Positions 29,413-40,208 are shown, numbered from the stretch's first letter. The stretch: DNA of 64,000 nt from Candidatus Latescibacterota bacterium (GCA_965248755.1 OZ252149.1:288001-352000); one strand, 5' to 3'. Translations and numbers: made by a program. Notes: generated by a model not told the origin, from the sequence alone.

Positions 29413-31152
29413 TTACGGGTGTAACGTGATCGGCTGACGCTCGAGCTGCGACAGGGGAACCGTTGTTGTCAACGTCTCATACTGATCGCTGTAACGCTTG
29501 TAGACTCGCAGCGTCACCTGTTCTGGCAACGGGGCCTCCACCGACCAGTGGAAGAAACCAGCGGAGTCGGTATGGATGTGCCACCTGTTGAGCACTACAC
29601 ATGCGCCAGCAACCGGCTGACCCGTGTTATCCACAACCCGGTTAGAAATCTTTCGGCCTGCTTTCAGCTGGAACTCCTGTAGCTTAGCTTCCGGCCGGAC
29701 CTTGATGTGACGATGTTCTGGGGCATAACCCTCGGCTTCAACAGTCAGGACATAGTCGCCGAGTTTGACGGACTCTAACCGGAAGCGGCCCTGTTCGTCT
29801 GTCTGCACCGTTGGATATCCGTTCTCCTTTCGGATTGATCTGTATCCCAGTTCCGGAGAGCCGATTGTCAGCGGGGTGGCTTTCCAGGGCCCCAATTTGG
29901 TGGGGTGCTCCAGCCAATCGTCGGCCGCATATCGGTTGGGGCCTCGCTCGACCCGCGCACCCGCCACCGGTCCACCTCTTTCATCCAGAACTCGGCCGGT
30001 CAACGTGACGTGCGCAGGCGAGACCATGACCCTTTCAACAGAGAGCGGCCACACCTTCACACCGTCCTTGTCGTTGCCAATCGCCACCAGTTTGTTCGGA
30101 CCAGCTTTGATCATGTCGAACTGGCCGGTAATGAACGGCTCCGGCAGATGTGAGAAGCTGATCCGGTCTTGCCACGTATGGCCGTTGTCCAGGCTAAAGG
30201 CGATGTGAAAGCCCGGCCGACCGTACTCGATGGCTATCACGCCGTTGTCCAGCGCCGCCAGCGTTGGCGAGATGTTCATCAGGTGCGGCTGGGTCGCCAC
30301 CGGCTTTGTCCAGGTCTTTCCCAGATCGTCGGACCAGCACACGGCCATGGGCTTGTATTCGCCGGGATACTGGGAATATTGCGTACGCAGCATGGCCACC
30401 ATCCTTCCATTGGGCAACAGCGTGATGCTCGGCTCAGCGGCGCCGCAATATTGGCCGGGAAGCTCCGGATTCGGGTCCACCGGCTCATATGCAATGGAGG
30501 CGTAGAAGTTCCACTTCCGTCCTTGATCTATTGACCGGACAAGGATCGCCCGATGGATACTTTCGTCGTCCCCTTTGAAGCCTCCGTACATCGGGGCCAG
30601 CATGTCTCCGCTCGGAAGCTGCACCATCTTTCCCTTTGAGAGGCCGGGGTGCTTAACGTCCAGAGAGGGTGGGCCGGCATCGGGCAGGTAGATCTCGACG
30701 AGTTCGGACTCCCAGCTCATCATATCGTCCGCAAAGCGGACGAACATCACGTCGTACCAGCCTTCTTTGCCCTTGGCTGAGGGCTGCGGATCGTTTGTCG
30801 CCATGATAACGCCGCCGTCTCGCAGTGTGCCGCTGTCGTGGCCGGTCTGCTGGAGCGGGGAATCCATCTGCGGCCCCCAGGTGACCCCGCCGTCTGTGGA
30901 CGTTCGGTAATACTTCCGCGCCTTTGGATAGAAGGCCGCAACGACCCCCGTCCGGGAAACAGACAGACTCGCGGCATTCTGATACCTCATCGGGTGGAGG
31001 AAGGTTGGCTTACCGACTGTTATTTTGAGGATCTCAATTTCTTCCGCTGCCGCAGACTTCGCCCCACAACCAGCATGAGGCGCAATGGTCGCAAGGCAAA
31101 ACATAATACTTATTAGAGAAAGACAATCCCATTCCATGTGGATTCCTCCCAT
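29413..31152 (-). CDS. secreted BNR/sialidase-like + carboxypeptidase-regulatory-like protein (paralog C)
   Basis: Signal peptide; STDGGVTW, SIDQGRKW, SDDLGKTW, SLDNGHTW; GRVLDERGGPVAGARV. Confidence 0.8.
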   Translation of the reverse strand: MGGIHMEWDCLSLISIMFCLATIAPHAGCGAKSAAAEEIEILKITVGKPTFLHPMRYQNAASLSVSRTGVVAAFYPKARKYYRTSTDGGVTWGPQMDSPLQQTGHDSGTLRDGGVIMATNDPQPSAKGKEGWYDVMFVRFADDMMSWESELVEIYLPDAGPPSLDVKHPGLSKGKMVQLPSGDMLAPMYGGFKGDDESIHRAILVRSIDQGRKWNFYASIAYEPVDPNPELPGQYCGAAEPSITLLPNGRMVAMLRTQYSQYPGEYKPMAVCWSDDLGKTWTKPVATQPHLMNISPTLAALDNGVIAIEYGRPGFHIAFSLDNGHTWQDRISFSHLPEPFITGQFDMIKAGPNKLVAIGNDKDGVKVWPLSVERVMVSPAHVTLTGRVLDERGGPVAGARVERGPNRYAADDWLEHPTKLGPWKATPLTIGSPELGYRSIRKENGYPTVQTDEQGRFRLESVKLGDYVLTVEAEGYAPEHRHIKVRPEAKLQEFQLKAGRKISNRVVDNTGQPVAGACVVLNRWHIHTDSAGFFHWSVEAPLPEQVTLRVYKRYSDQYETLTTTVPLSQLERQPITLHP

Positions 31153-31403
31153 ATTAGCAGCCGTGCAGGCCCTTTACGGGCCGTGATGCTCCGCCTGCAC
31201 GGGGAAGGCCCCGAACGGCAAAATAGCAAATCTCAGCTCATCCCACATAATACACGTTCTCTGCCGTGACATCCCAATGCGCTTTTAGAAACACCTTTCA
31301 CCTGGTCTGCGCCGGCTGGGGAATCGAACGATTTTGCCCGTCGCGCTTCCAGCACACAGGCTCCTGCAAGGTCCTCGTTGACATGCTACTGAGTACGACA
31401 CCA

Positions 31404-33161
31404 TTAACCGGACTTTCGCTCTTCGGGCAAAATTCCGCTATCTAACGGGTTGGCCTTGAAATGTTGTTCTATCCATGGCTTGTGCATTTCAAGGCGCAGT
31501 TCTTCGGCGAAACTGAAGAGGTTGCGCGTCAGCTCGTCCTCCACACTCCGCCGATGCGTGGGAGGCGGACCCGCAGGATCGGGCACCACCTGGCCCTTCA
31601 ACCCCGCAAAACCACCGACCACCTCGTCGATCCGGGCATCGATTAAACAGCCCAGCTTCCAGTCAAAGTAGAGATCCAGTACCGCCCTGAAAACCATGGC
31701 GTCCACGCGATTGCCATCCAGGCGAACCGCCAGGGCCTCGTGGGAAGCCGCATCCACCGACCCCTGCACGCTCTGCCAGAGGCCGATCATTCGATCGATC
31801 AGTTCGATTGCCTCATCCTTCTCGGCCAGTGCACGGGCCTTTACTTCCGGCGTGATCGGCTCGCGGCCGAACAACAGACGAGTGCCGGGGAGGGCCCTAA
31901 TCTCCGCAGCGCGTTGATCAGGGTACATATCCAACGGAAAGTCCAGACCGATCTGGCCCGGTATGCGCTGCATTCCCCGATAGGGCCCGCAAAGATGTGA
32001 GTCTAGGTAGACCAGAGACGCAAGCTGGCTTTTTGCACTGGCCATCAGGCCCTGACACATGAAGACGTTGATGCTCGCCTTCTCGCTGAGACGAAGAATC
32101 TCCACGACGGCGGGCGCTGCATCCGCACCATACGTCTGCGCAGCCCAGTCAAACATGATGGCCCCAGGCTCCGTCTCCGGATCGCTCGCATATCGGTCCA
32201 GGGCATACCAGTGCGCCATGTTCCAGGGATGGTCCCACTCGGTACGGTTGATGAACGCCTGTACCCAATACCCGGACAACCGCAAACGGCTGATCTCCCG
32301 AAAGGTGCGCCCCCACGCTTCTACCATCGAGCAAGGAAAGAGATTCATACCCCGGTACTGCCCGGGCAACTGGATGCGCGGCAGATAAGGCGCACGACCA
32401 GAGGACGGAACCCGAAGATGGTCATACATTGGATTCGCCGGCCATCCTGGTTCCTGGTCCCAGTAAAGATCAGAGAACATCACCACAACGTTCTCAGGCA
32501 GCTGACCCGTCAGGTCAGAAAAGAGTTCGATTTCAACGCGCTGGCCCCAGGGGTCGTCCTGGTGGTTGTTCCAGAGCAGCAACGCGTCGTGACCAGCGAG
32601 CAGTCCCCCCAGAAACCGTAGCGCCTCGATCAGACGCTCCCGGCGGCTCAAAGACCCACACCTGGAACAGTCACACATCCAGGGCGCACCGTTCGACATG
32701 TAGTATTCAGTCGTAATGCCGAATGAATAACCTCCCAGATCGGGAATCTCCCGGAAGTCTGCGGCGACCGCCTCCTGCCAGAATCGCCGGACCTGCTCAT
32801 TGAAGGGACACAAGAGAGGGGAGGTGCGCTTAAGGTCTCGATTACGGAGAGGCAGCCAGATCAGCTCACCCGTCTCCAACTCCGTCCACTGCCGGCAGAT
32901 CAACAGCCGGATGCCCCTGGCCTTCAAATATCCAGCAAACGACGCCAGCACAGGACGCTGTTCATCCGTGTAATAGCGAAGGTCCAGCGCGTTGATACCA
33001 ATCGATGCGATAAAATCCACGAACCTGCCCAGCTCCGAATCCGCAGTAGGATTCAGCATCTCCCGCGACTGAAGCACTGTCGGTTCGTCGGTAAACAAAA
33101 CGTCTCCGTCAATCTGCTGCCATAGAGTCATCACCCGCCAGGGCAGATCGTGTGAAGACAT
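31404..33161 (-). CDS. divergent GH67-like protein (copy 2)
   Basis: 585 aa, near-identical to 27318..29075 (offset 4086 bp). Confidence 0.55.
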   Translation of the reverse strand: MSSHDLPWRVMTLWQQIDGDVLFTDEPTVLQSREMLNPTADSELGRFVDFIASIGINALDLRYYTDEQRPVLASFAGYLKARGIRLLICRQWTELETGELIWLPLRNRDLKRTSPLLCPFNEQVRRFWQEAVAADFREIPDLGGYSFGITTEYYMSNGAPWMCDCSRCGSLSRRERLIEALRFLGGLLAGHDALLLWNNHQDDPWGQRVEIELFSDLTGQLPENVVVMFSDLYWDQEPGWPANPMYDHLRVPSSGRAPYLPRIQLPGQYRGMNLFPCSMVEAWGRTFREISRLRLSGYWVQAFINRTEWDHPWNMAHWYALDRYASDPETEPGAIMFDWAAQTYGADAAPAVVEILRLSEKASINVFMCQGLMASAKSQLASLVYLDSHLCGPYRGMQRIPGQIGLDFPLDMYPDQRAAEIRALPGTRLLFGREPITPEVKARALAEKDEAIELIDRMIGLWQSVQGSVDAASHEALAVRLDGNRVDAMVFRAVLDLYFDWKLGCLIDARIDEVVGGFAGLKGQVVPDPAGPPPTHRRSVEDELTRNLFSFAEELRLEMHKPWIEQHFKANPLDSGILPEERKSG

Positions 33162-33534
33162 CGTGAACCTCCTCTCAGAAAAGCGTCTCGTCAGAGACGA
33201 AGCGGCAGACCCGATACCAGCGCGTTTGGCTCATACGCCAGTGATCACGCCGATACAGCGAAAAGAATCAGCCGCGTTAGTTGAACTTCTACGAAATGGC
33301 TGCGCATCTTGCGACCTGCATCGTCCCAGTAATTACCCAAGCCGTCCGTCCGGGACTGATGCTTCCGTGTCCATCACGTTGTCCGACGCGCCTTGTGACG
33401 GCTGTAGGCGATCTCGGAGACACGATTAGAGATGTATCGCCCATCTGGACCCGGCGGCAGTGCCCGATTTGTCCGTTAATTCTGCCCTCAAGAGTTACCA
33501 GTCGTGCTGACAATCGCAGGCGTTGGAACCCTTG

Positions 33535-35426
33535 CTATTGTCCAAGCAGCGCCTTGCGATAAGGAGGTTGAAGCCCCGTCCGAGTTTCCAAATCCTTTGG
33601 TGGTTTCCATTCGGCCTGGGTAATCGTCGTATTGTTCTCGAACTTGAAATCTTCTTCTTTCGAGTTGTAGTAAGCAAACGGTTTGACTTCGACCTCCGAA
33701 ACAACAAAGACATTGTGGCGAAAGACTATGTCCCTCGAGTAATGGCCAATCAAAACAGGCGTGCAGGGCCATTTGGGCTGTGCCAGTCCGTAGACCGTGT
33801 TGGCCTCGACAAGGATCTGGGAGGAACGACTGTCAACGTACAGCCCGGCGTAGGGGGCACCCCGGGCAAAAGGGTTGCGCCTGACATCATGGATCAGGTT
33901 GTTGCGAACGACCGTGCCAGGTTGAAAGCCCAGCGTGTATATGCCAGCCCCGTCACCCATCTTTTTCATGACGTCGTAGATGTGGTTGTACTCAATGATA
34001 TTGTTACGACATACGGTAGGTTGGCCACCCCACATCATACCCACGTTGATACCTGTGTAGGGAAGGTCGTGAAGTAGATTGTGCGCAGCGACCGTTCCGT
34101 CAGTGAAGGCAATGTATATCCCTACCCCACCGTAGAAATCTGCGCCACATCCGTGGATATAGTTGTTTGTGATGCGGTTGTCGCGAGGCGTGTCAGAATC
34201 AGGTGGCTTAAAATTTTCATCGTAAATTGTTGATAAGTCCTCTCCGACATTGATACCGTTGGAACCGATGCCATTGATATGGTTGCCCACAAGAAGATTT
34301 TTGACACATCCTTTGCGCAGACTTATCCCGCACCCGCCCACGTGGGCGATCTCGGAGGCAGTCATGCTGCATGACTCTGCGAACTTCCACAAAATCGCCT
34401 CGCCGACGAATCCTGTGCCTCCATACATCGTACCGGCCTGCCTGCCTGCAAATCCCCCTGGGGGCAGCGGCCACTGGGCATGCCTGAAAGCCAGACCTTT
34501 GAAATGCACATTTCGCACGAATTGATCAGATGTGCCTGCAATTTCCAGAAGTTGCGCGAGGACCGGCGCCATAACCTCAACCTTCGACATATCCTGGCCG
34601 TCCAGTGGCCAATATGAAAGGACGCCGCTGGAATGGTCCAGGTACCATTCCCCGGGCTGATCGAGCATCTCGATGGCATTTTCGAAGAAGCACCAACTGC
34701 CCTATCCCGGATCGTGGTGGTGTGTTGGAACGTGAGGCGGGGCCAGAATTATACTTCGCCTTTCGCCTCATCAACGCTTGCCAGTTGCTTGCGCATAATA
34801 TCCCATAGTCCAAGAACGACGATCTCGACATCTGCCATATTTGACCAGTCTCTGACCAGGTCGGGGGCCAGGGTGACTTTCCAGATACCGTCTTTCAGCT
34901 CTGCGTCCTTCACCTGCAGATACGGATCCTTGTTGTCGGCGTTGGGAGTCCGGGATCGAGTGGCTCGCTGGCCATCAACAAACAGTTGGCGAAAGTACCA
35001 TTTCTGCGCCTTGACTTGCGGCAGTTCGACGGCCCATATCGTGCCGGGCCCCTGTTTCCAGCCGGTGATTCTTTTTCCCCCGCTGATGATCGGTTTCTCA
35101 CCAGGATAGGCCACATAGGTAATCGAGAATTTGTAAGTCCCCGAATCTGCGGGCCCCAGAACCAGCGGTTCTTTCAGTTCGTAAGTGCCACCTCGAAGGA
35201 ACACAGCAATGTTGGCAGTCTGCTCTGTCTTAGTCCTTTCTCTGACTGCGTTCCGAGCTCTAGTGAGGCCGGCGAATGGCTTCTGCTTGGTGCCGGGATT
35301 GTTGTCAATCCCCGTCGGTGAAACATAGAACTTCACCGAAGCTTCAGCCCTAAGGCCTCCAGCCGGCAATAAAATGGCCGTCAATAGCACGACTGTAAAC
35401 ACCATTAGTGTGGATAACTGTTTCAT
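33535..35426 (-). pseudogene. secreted right-handed beta-helix glycoside hydrolase (GH141-like), disrupted
   Basis: Signal peptide; FYVSPTG..NPGT..KPF, LRGGTY.L.EPL, AYPGEKPIISGG, ENAIEMLDQPGEWYLD, DLPYTGINVG, DGAGIYTLGFQPG. Frameshift near 34750 and in-frame TAG near 34703. Confidence 0.8.
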
Positions 35427-35519
35427 CTGAGCTCCTTTACATAACCGAAATTTAGCGGACAAACCGCTGTCGAAGCGGTCCCATATGACTCTTGCGGCGG
35501 CCTTCAAACCGCCAGTGTA

Positions 35520-36250
35520 ACGCCCCTCCCGGAGTTTCCAATTCCAGAGACCAAAGTACTCCGGATGATCTCTGCCGTATTTCTGGTAAGGCACCTGCCG
35601 ATAGAAGCTTTGATTCGTATTCCCGGATGGCGAAGTGCCAGCTTACCTCGGTTGGTCATGGAAGCCGCTGTTTCGAGTACGGCCCCCCAAAACCGGGTAA
35701 CGATAAGGTGCTCTATACCCGGTCGGGCGTAAATTCGCAAAAGGTGCGCGATAGACACGGTCTACCGGGCCAATCGTTTGCTGCTGGCCGACCGCAGTTA
35801 CGTGTGTATGTTCATCTCTGAGGAACCGTACGTCCAGGTAGTCTTCCAGAAACGTATAGACGCCGTAAAGCCTGCCGCGAGGCCGGATACCTACAAGGGC
35901 TTGCCACCATCGCGGATCACGATGCGGAGGTCTTCGTGACCGGAGTCGTGAACCTCGAAGCCAACGTTACTCGCGCGCATGGCCTGGCTGGGACCGATAA
36001 TTACGTGCCTGCCAAGCCCATCCACTTCGCGCACGATCGGGAGCTTCACGCGACTGGCTCGGCCAAAACATTTCTGAAATTCCTCAGCCGCGTATATCTC
36101 ACTGGCGATAGCATCGTTAGCCACAACGATGTCCCAGCCGTTCAGCCGGGCCAGGTCTAAGCCGTCGGGAGTCTTGGCGTCTGCCAAACTGCTTCCCCAT
36201 GCAACAGCGATAATTAGACTGAAAACACTGACAACTGCAATGCATTCCAT
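35520..36250 (-). pseudogene. 5' part of another DUF4838 paralog, frameshifted and truncated
   Basis: MECIAVVS...GLDLARLNGWDIVVANDAIASEIYAAEEFQ...; LYGVYTFLEDYL; PYQKYGRDHPEYFGLW, then stops. Confidence 0.8.
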
Positions 36251-36356
36251 CTTATATCTCGTGTAGTCAAGACCCAAGAAAAATCTGCCTTTTTCCAGGT
36301 GCGAGTCCGCCTGGCCTGAGATTGGTCTCAGCTTTCCCAGAAGATTCACCCAGCCA

Positions 36357-36423
36357 CGCTAACTCGTCCCTCCCACAGATCCTCGCCCCAGAGCCGCCGG
36401 TCGGGGTGCATCAGTCGTTAATG
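36357..36423 (-). other. possible degenerate attC site
   Basis: Minus strand CATTAAC GACTGATGCACCCCGACCGGC...GA GTTAGCG, 67 bp. The TAA of ORF 36418..36612 lies inside R''. The right arm pairs poorly. Confidence 0.35.
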
Positions 36424-36767
36424 TGCATGGGCACGGCGTGAACGCCCAGAGTCAACAACGTAGGTCGGTCCGCTCTTGGCAATGTAATAAAGCATCAACC
36501 CGTCCTCGATCCATTGCGCTGCCGGGCACCGCCTGTGCTGATTTGAACTTCTTCTGATGTTACCAGTCGGAGGTACGGCCAAGGCAAGGTGCTCCTCAGA
36601 CCTTACGTGCACTTTAGGGACATCGCACTAATCTGGCTCCTGTGCTCTCCGCGAGGACGGCGGATGCTTTGGCGTAACCGCGGTATGGCAACGGATGATC
36701 CCCCCAGGTATGGCGGGATAAAAACCCACCGGGCGAACTGGCCCTTGTACAGCATCCCGGACTTCTC

Positions 36768-38093
36768 TTACGGTAAACGCCAGCGAACCACTTCACAATT
36801 GAAGAGCTTTCCCGATTCTCCTTCTTCAGGCTTCCAGTAGGAATAGCTGGTCACCAGAGTGCCGTCGTCCAGCTGGACGGTGTTGCCGAAACCTCCGCCC
36901 GAGCTGCGGTCGATGGGAGTCTTGGTATCAATCATAAAGATGTCGTGCTCAAAATCGAATTCGAATCCGTCTTCGGTTTCCCGACCGAGCACCGCACGCA
37001 CACCGAGAGGAGTATCGATCGAACGCTGAGTATAAGTAAACAGGAGCCGTCCATCCCTCAACCGCAGAATGGAATGAAACATCTGGCCGTGGTCACCCAG
37101 GTCCTCACCGGCCTGCCACGTGTGGCCTTCGTCGGTAGAAACCCAGGCTTTCATTCGGCCGAACTGGTCAAAGTCGGTATCGGCAAGATCCTGCACCGGG
37201 GGCTGCCCGTAGTGCCGCAAGGTTACGGCCACGTTTTCGAGCTCCTGGGGGGTGAACACCCGCCCGGGAAGGGGATAGAACTTATGATCAAGCCTGGCTA
37301 TGCCGTAAATTTTACCGGAACGCGCCTGCCAGAGCACTACCTCCCCAAAGATGGACCGGGGATAGCCTTCCGCCACCCCTTCTACTTCCATCGTGTAGCA
37401 GTCCGGCCACGTCCGACCCCCATCGTAACTCCGGGCGACGTATCCATTCCCGTATTGAGAATGGCGAAGAGGGGGATCGTCTTCAGGTATATCGACAATC
37501 TGCAGTAACGAACCGTCCTCCAACTCCAGTATATTTCTCGAGTTGTTCCCCCTGACCCTGGTGGCAAATTCCGGAGGCAACTGGTATTCGGACCAGGTGA
37601 ATCCATCGTCCTCCGAGCGGTACCCCCAGGGGCCTCCCGTTACCAACAACGTGCCGTCTCGCATTTGCGACAAATACGGCTCGCCACCGTCCGGCAGACT
37701 GGTCTCGTCGCGCCCTCCTTCCCAGGTCCGCCCGCCGTCGTGCGAACGATAGAGGTAGGTGGGTAACCCCGCTGCCACATCGTTCAGGTAACACAATAGC
37801 AGCAACTCATCTCCACCCAGGTGTGCGATGTTGGGCTTGTATTCAAGCTTTTGGCCTATCGGAACCCGTTCCGCTGGTATCTCTGCCACTTTTAGCTGGC
37901 GCGGGTTTCGAATGGCAATGAACTTCTCTTGGGACTGCAGAGGTCTTTCACTTTCTTGTTTCGGGGAATCCTGTTGCAAGTTCTTCATCTCTGCTTTACC
38001 CCTTTCGCTCGTTTCCTCGGCGTTTGCCAAAATCGTTCCCCAGGCAAACGCGACAATCAGACTGACAACACTCACAATTCCAATGCGTTTCAT
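36768..38093 (-). CDS. secreted BNR/sialidase-family protein
   Basis: Signal peptide MKRIGIV after AGGAG; SHDGGRTW, SEDDGFTW, SYDGGRTW, STDEGHTW; GGFGNTVQLDDGTLVTSYSY. Confidence 0.82.
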   Translation of the reverse strand: MKRIGIVSVVSLIVAFAWGTILANAEETSERGKAEMKNLQQDSPKQESERPLQSQEKFIAIRNPRQLKVAEIPAERVPIGQKLEYKPNIAHLGGDELLLLCYLNDVAAGLPTYLYRSHDGGRTWEGGRDETSLPDGGEPYLSQMRDGTLLVTGGPWGYRSEDDGFTWSEYQLPPEFATRVRGNNSRNILELEDGSLLQIVDIPEDDPPLRHSQYGNGYVARSYDGGRTWPDCYTMEVEGVAEGYPRSIFGEVVLWQARSGKIYGIARLDHKFYPLPGRVFTPQELENVAVTLRHYGQPPVQDLADTDFDQFGRMKAWVSTDEGHTWQAGEDLGDHGQMFHSILRLRDGRLLFTYTQRSIDTPLGVRAVLGRETEDGFEFDFEHDIFMIDTKTPIDRSSGGGFGNTVQLDDGTLVTSYSYWKPEEGESGKLFNCEVVRWRLP

Positions 38094-38264
38094 CTTATAA
38101 CTCCTGTTAGTTAAAGGGCCAAAAGAACCTGCTTTATGCCAAGTGAGTCTCTGCCAGGCCTGAGACTGTACTGGTTTCCCAACAGGGAATTGACCCCGGT
38201 TTACTTCTATACTCATCTGTGCGCATATTGCTCGTTGCGACACGCAAACGCCAATAACTTCAAA

Positions 38265-39536
38265 CTACCTGTAGAACCATTCCAGCGGATAGATGCGCAT
38301 TACGGTTTCCTGTTTCTTTAGGTTCTGCTCCGCAACTCCCTTTACGGGCGTACCGCGAGTGTAGCTTATGAACACCTTGTCCCCGATCACGTCCACGTTG
38401 GCGTAGTGGAACCAGGCCCACCCGTCCGGCAATGGGCCGACCCAGTCACGAGCTCGCACCATCTGGATTGGGTACTCGCCAGGTAGGTGGGAAATATCTC
38501 TGAGACCGTCGCTTAGTTCAAGAGTCTTGAAGTGCTCCCAGCTGTGTCCACCGTCCCTGGAAACGGCGACTGATAAGCGACCTCGCCGATGGCCCAGTCG
38601 AATCTCATCACGCGAAACCTGGTTCCAGACTACCAGAAGGTCTCCGGTCTGGGGGATACGAGCCAGAACGGCAGGTGACGCCGAACTGGCCAGCTGGCTG
38701 GGCGTCACCGCATACCAGTTTTCCCCTCCGTCCGGACTGTAGCTCTGCACCAGACGCCCGACTGCGGAACGTGCCAGCAGGAGTACCCCTCCGTCTTTGG
38801 TCTCCGCCACAGTGGGCTCAAAACAGCTCGTCTGCCCGGCGCGGCCGTTCGGTACGCCCTCGGCGTCAAACCACCCCATCAATCTGCCAGCGACATCCTT
38901 ATTCCAGTTCTTACCCTTGTTATCGGAACGATAAACGACTGACATGCCAAACTCGGGGATGTGGCCGTGACCCTCTATCTGAATGCGCTTGCCCCGCCAG
39001 AGACCGTAGGACGACTTTTCATGATAATCCAGGTCCGGGTGCGCTCCGGCCCAGCCTTGCTGGAAGGTGAGCAGCAATCGACCGCTGCTGAGCTGAACCA
39101 TGCTGTGATTCATCAATGAAAATGACAGCGGGCAGATCGCCGTTGGCTCGCTCCAGGTCTTGCCCTCATCAGTCGACAAAGAGAAGAGCCAGTCGTTACC
39201 GTTTATGGGTATATTGTGTCCATAAATGGCCAACGCGCCGGATTTGAGTCGGAAAAGACCCACAATATTCTTCATCTTCGCCTTCGGCGGCCGAGCTTCG
39301 CCCCAGGTCAAGCCGTCATCGGTCGAAATGCGAAATCCGCCGCCCTGAGAAAGCATTAGCGAGCCATCCTTAAGCTCAACTATGCCGCCGAGAGGGACGC
39401 TGAAACCTTTTATCTCCACGACACCCTCCGGGACGGGCTTGCGGAAGACAAGCTCCTGACCGCCGTGTGCCACATTGCCTCCCAAGCTAAACGCTGCAAT
39501 CAGACCAATAACACTAACAATTACAATCCGTTTCAT
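38265..39536 (-). CDS. secreted BNR/sialidase-family protein
   Basis: Signal peptide; STDDGLTW, STDEGKTW, SDNKGKNW, FEPTVAE, SPDGGENW, SRDGGHSW. Confidence 0.85.
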   Translation of the reverse strand: MKRIVIVSVIGLIAAFSLGGNVAHGGQELVFRKPVPEGVVEIKGFSVPLGGIVELKDGSLMLSQGGGFRISTDDGLTWGEARPPKAKMKNIVGLFRLKSGALAIYGHNIPINGNDWLFSLSTDEGKTWSEPTAICPLSFSLMNHSMVQLSSGRLLLTFQQGWAGAHPDLDYHEKSSYGLWRGKRIQIEGHGHIPEFGMSVVYRSDNKGKNWNKDVAGRLMGWFDAEGVPNGRAGQTSCFEPTVAETKDGGVLLLARSAVGRLVQSYSPDGGENWYAVTPSQLASSASPAVLARIPQTGDLLVVWNQVSRDEIRLGHRRGRLSVAVSRDGGHSWEHFKTLELSDGLRDISHLPGEYPIQMVRARDWVGPLPDGWAWFHYANVDVIGDKVFISYTRGTPVKGVAEQNLKKQETVMRIYPLEWFYR

Positions 39537-39789
39537 CTCATAACTGATAGCTCCCGAGGCAATCGCAACAAGCAGACTGACAACACTCAGAACTGCAATG
39601 CGTTTTATCTTGTAACTCCTGTAGTTGAACGCCCAAAAGGACCTGCTTTATGCCAAGTGGGTGTCTGCCTGGTGTGAGATCTGTGCGAGCTGTGCGCAGA
39701 GAAACCAGCCATCCGTGATCACCTGCTCAAATACCCAAACTTTCACCACATCCTGCCGAACTCTGGTCTCATGCAACGGCTGTCGTCTC

Positions 39790-39914
39790 CGCATCCCTAA
39801 AGTAATATCCGAAGCATCCAGAAGTCAAGCCAAAAATACATAACATCGGGCTATTCAGTTGTCTCAGAGGCGTCGGTCGAGTAGGTGCAAAGGAACGCAT
39901 CAAGATCGAGCAAG
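39790..39914. repeat. dispersed non-coding repeat with leftward sigma70-like promoter, homologous to 17324-17448
   Basis: Minus strand TTGACT (39828-39823) with TACTTT 18 bp later; faces the minus-strand CAZyme block. Confidence 0.55.
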
Positions 39915-40103
39915 CTTTCAGAAATGACTGACCACATAGGGCTGAACAGAAACCGAAACGAGAGGCCGACAAAGGGTTTCAACTGAAGTTGATTCAGTGC
40001 AACACCACGAGATACGGCAAGGAGGACACTTCATTAATGTCATAGCCTTCAAAGATTACGGGATCTAATCCAGGTTTACAGGCAGTCGTTGTTAGCCAGA
40101 GCG

Positions 40104-40208
40104 ATCCACTGCACAATTTCCATTGACATCCACAGTCTTATTTCGTATCTTCAGTGCTGATTAAGCAGTACCCTACCGTCGGATCCTTCCTCGCGAATAT
40201 AAGCTGCA
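40104..40208 (+). promoter_or_regulatory. repeated sigma70 promoter module, copy 1
   Basis: ATCCACTGCACAATTTCCA-TTGACA(40123)-N17-TATCTT(40146)...CGAATATAAGCT. Confidence 0.7.

Noticed and set aside
27318..33161. Diversity-generating retroelement (identical 5' part, variable 3' part; also the pduO pair)
   Set aside because: Differences are not adenine-specific, many are synonymous, and there is no reverse transcriptase in the window.
22958..35426. In-frame stops as possible recoding (Sec/Pyl or alternative code)
   Set aside because: The stops are of mixed types (TAA, TAG) and co-occur with frameshifts, and intact genes end in all three stops. Ordinary pseudogenisation or sequence error fits better.
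34749..35594. Apparent DUF4838-GH141 fusion ORF
   Set aside because: Chance in-frame read-through from a truncated DUF4838 remnant. The beta-helix gene has its own AAGGAG RBS and signal peptide at 35426.
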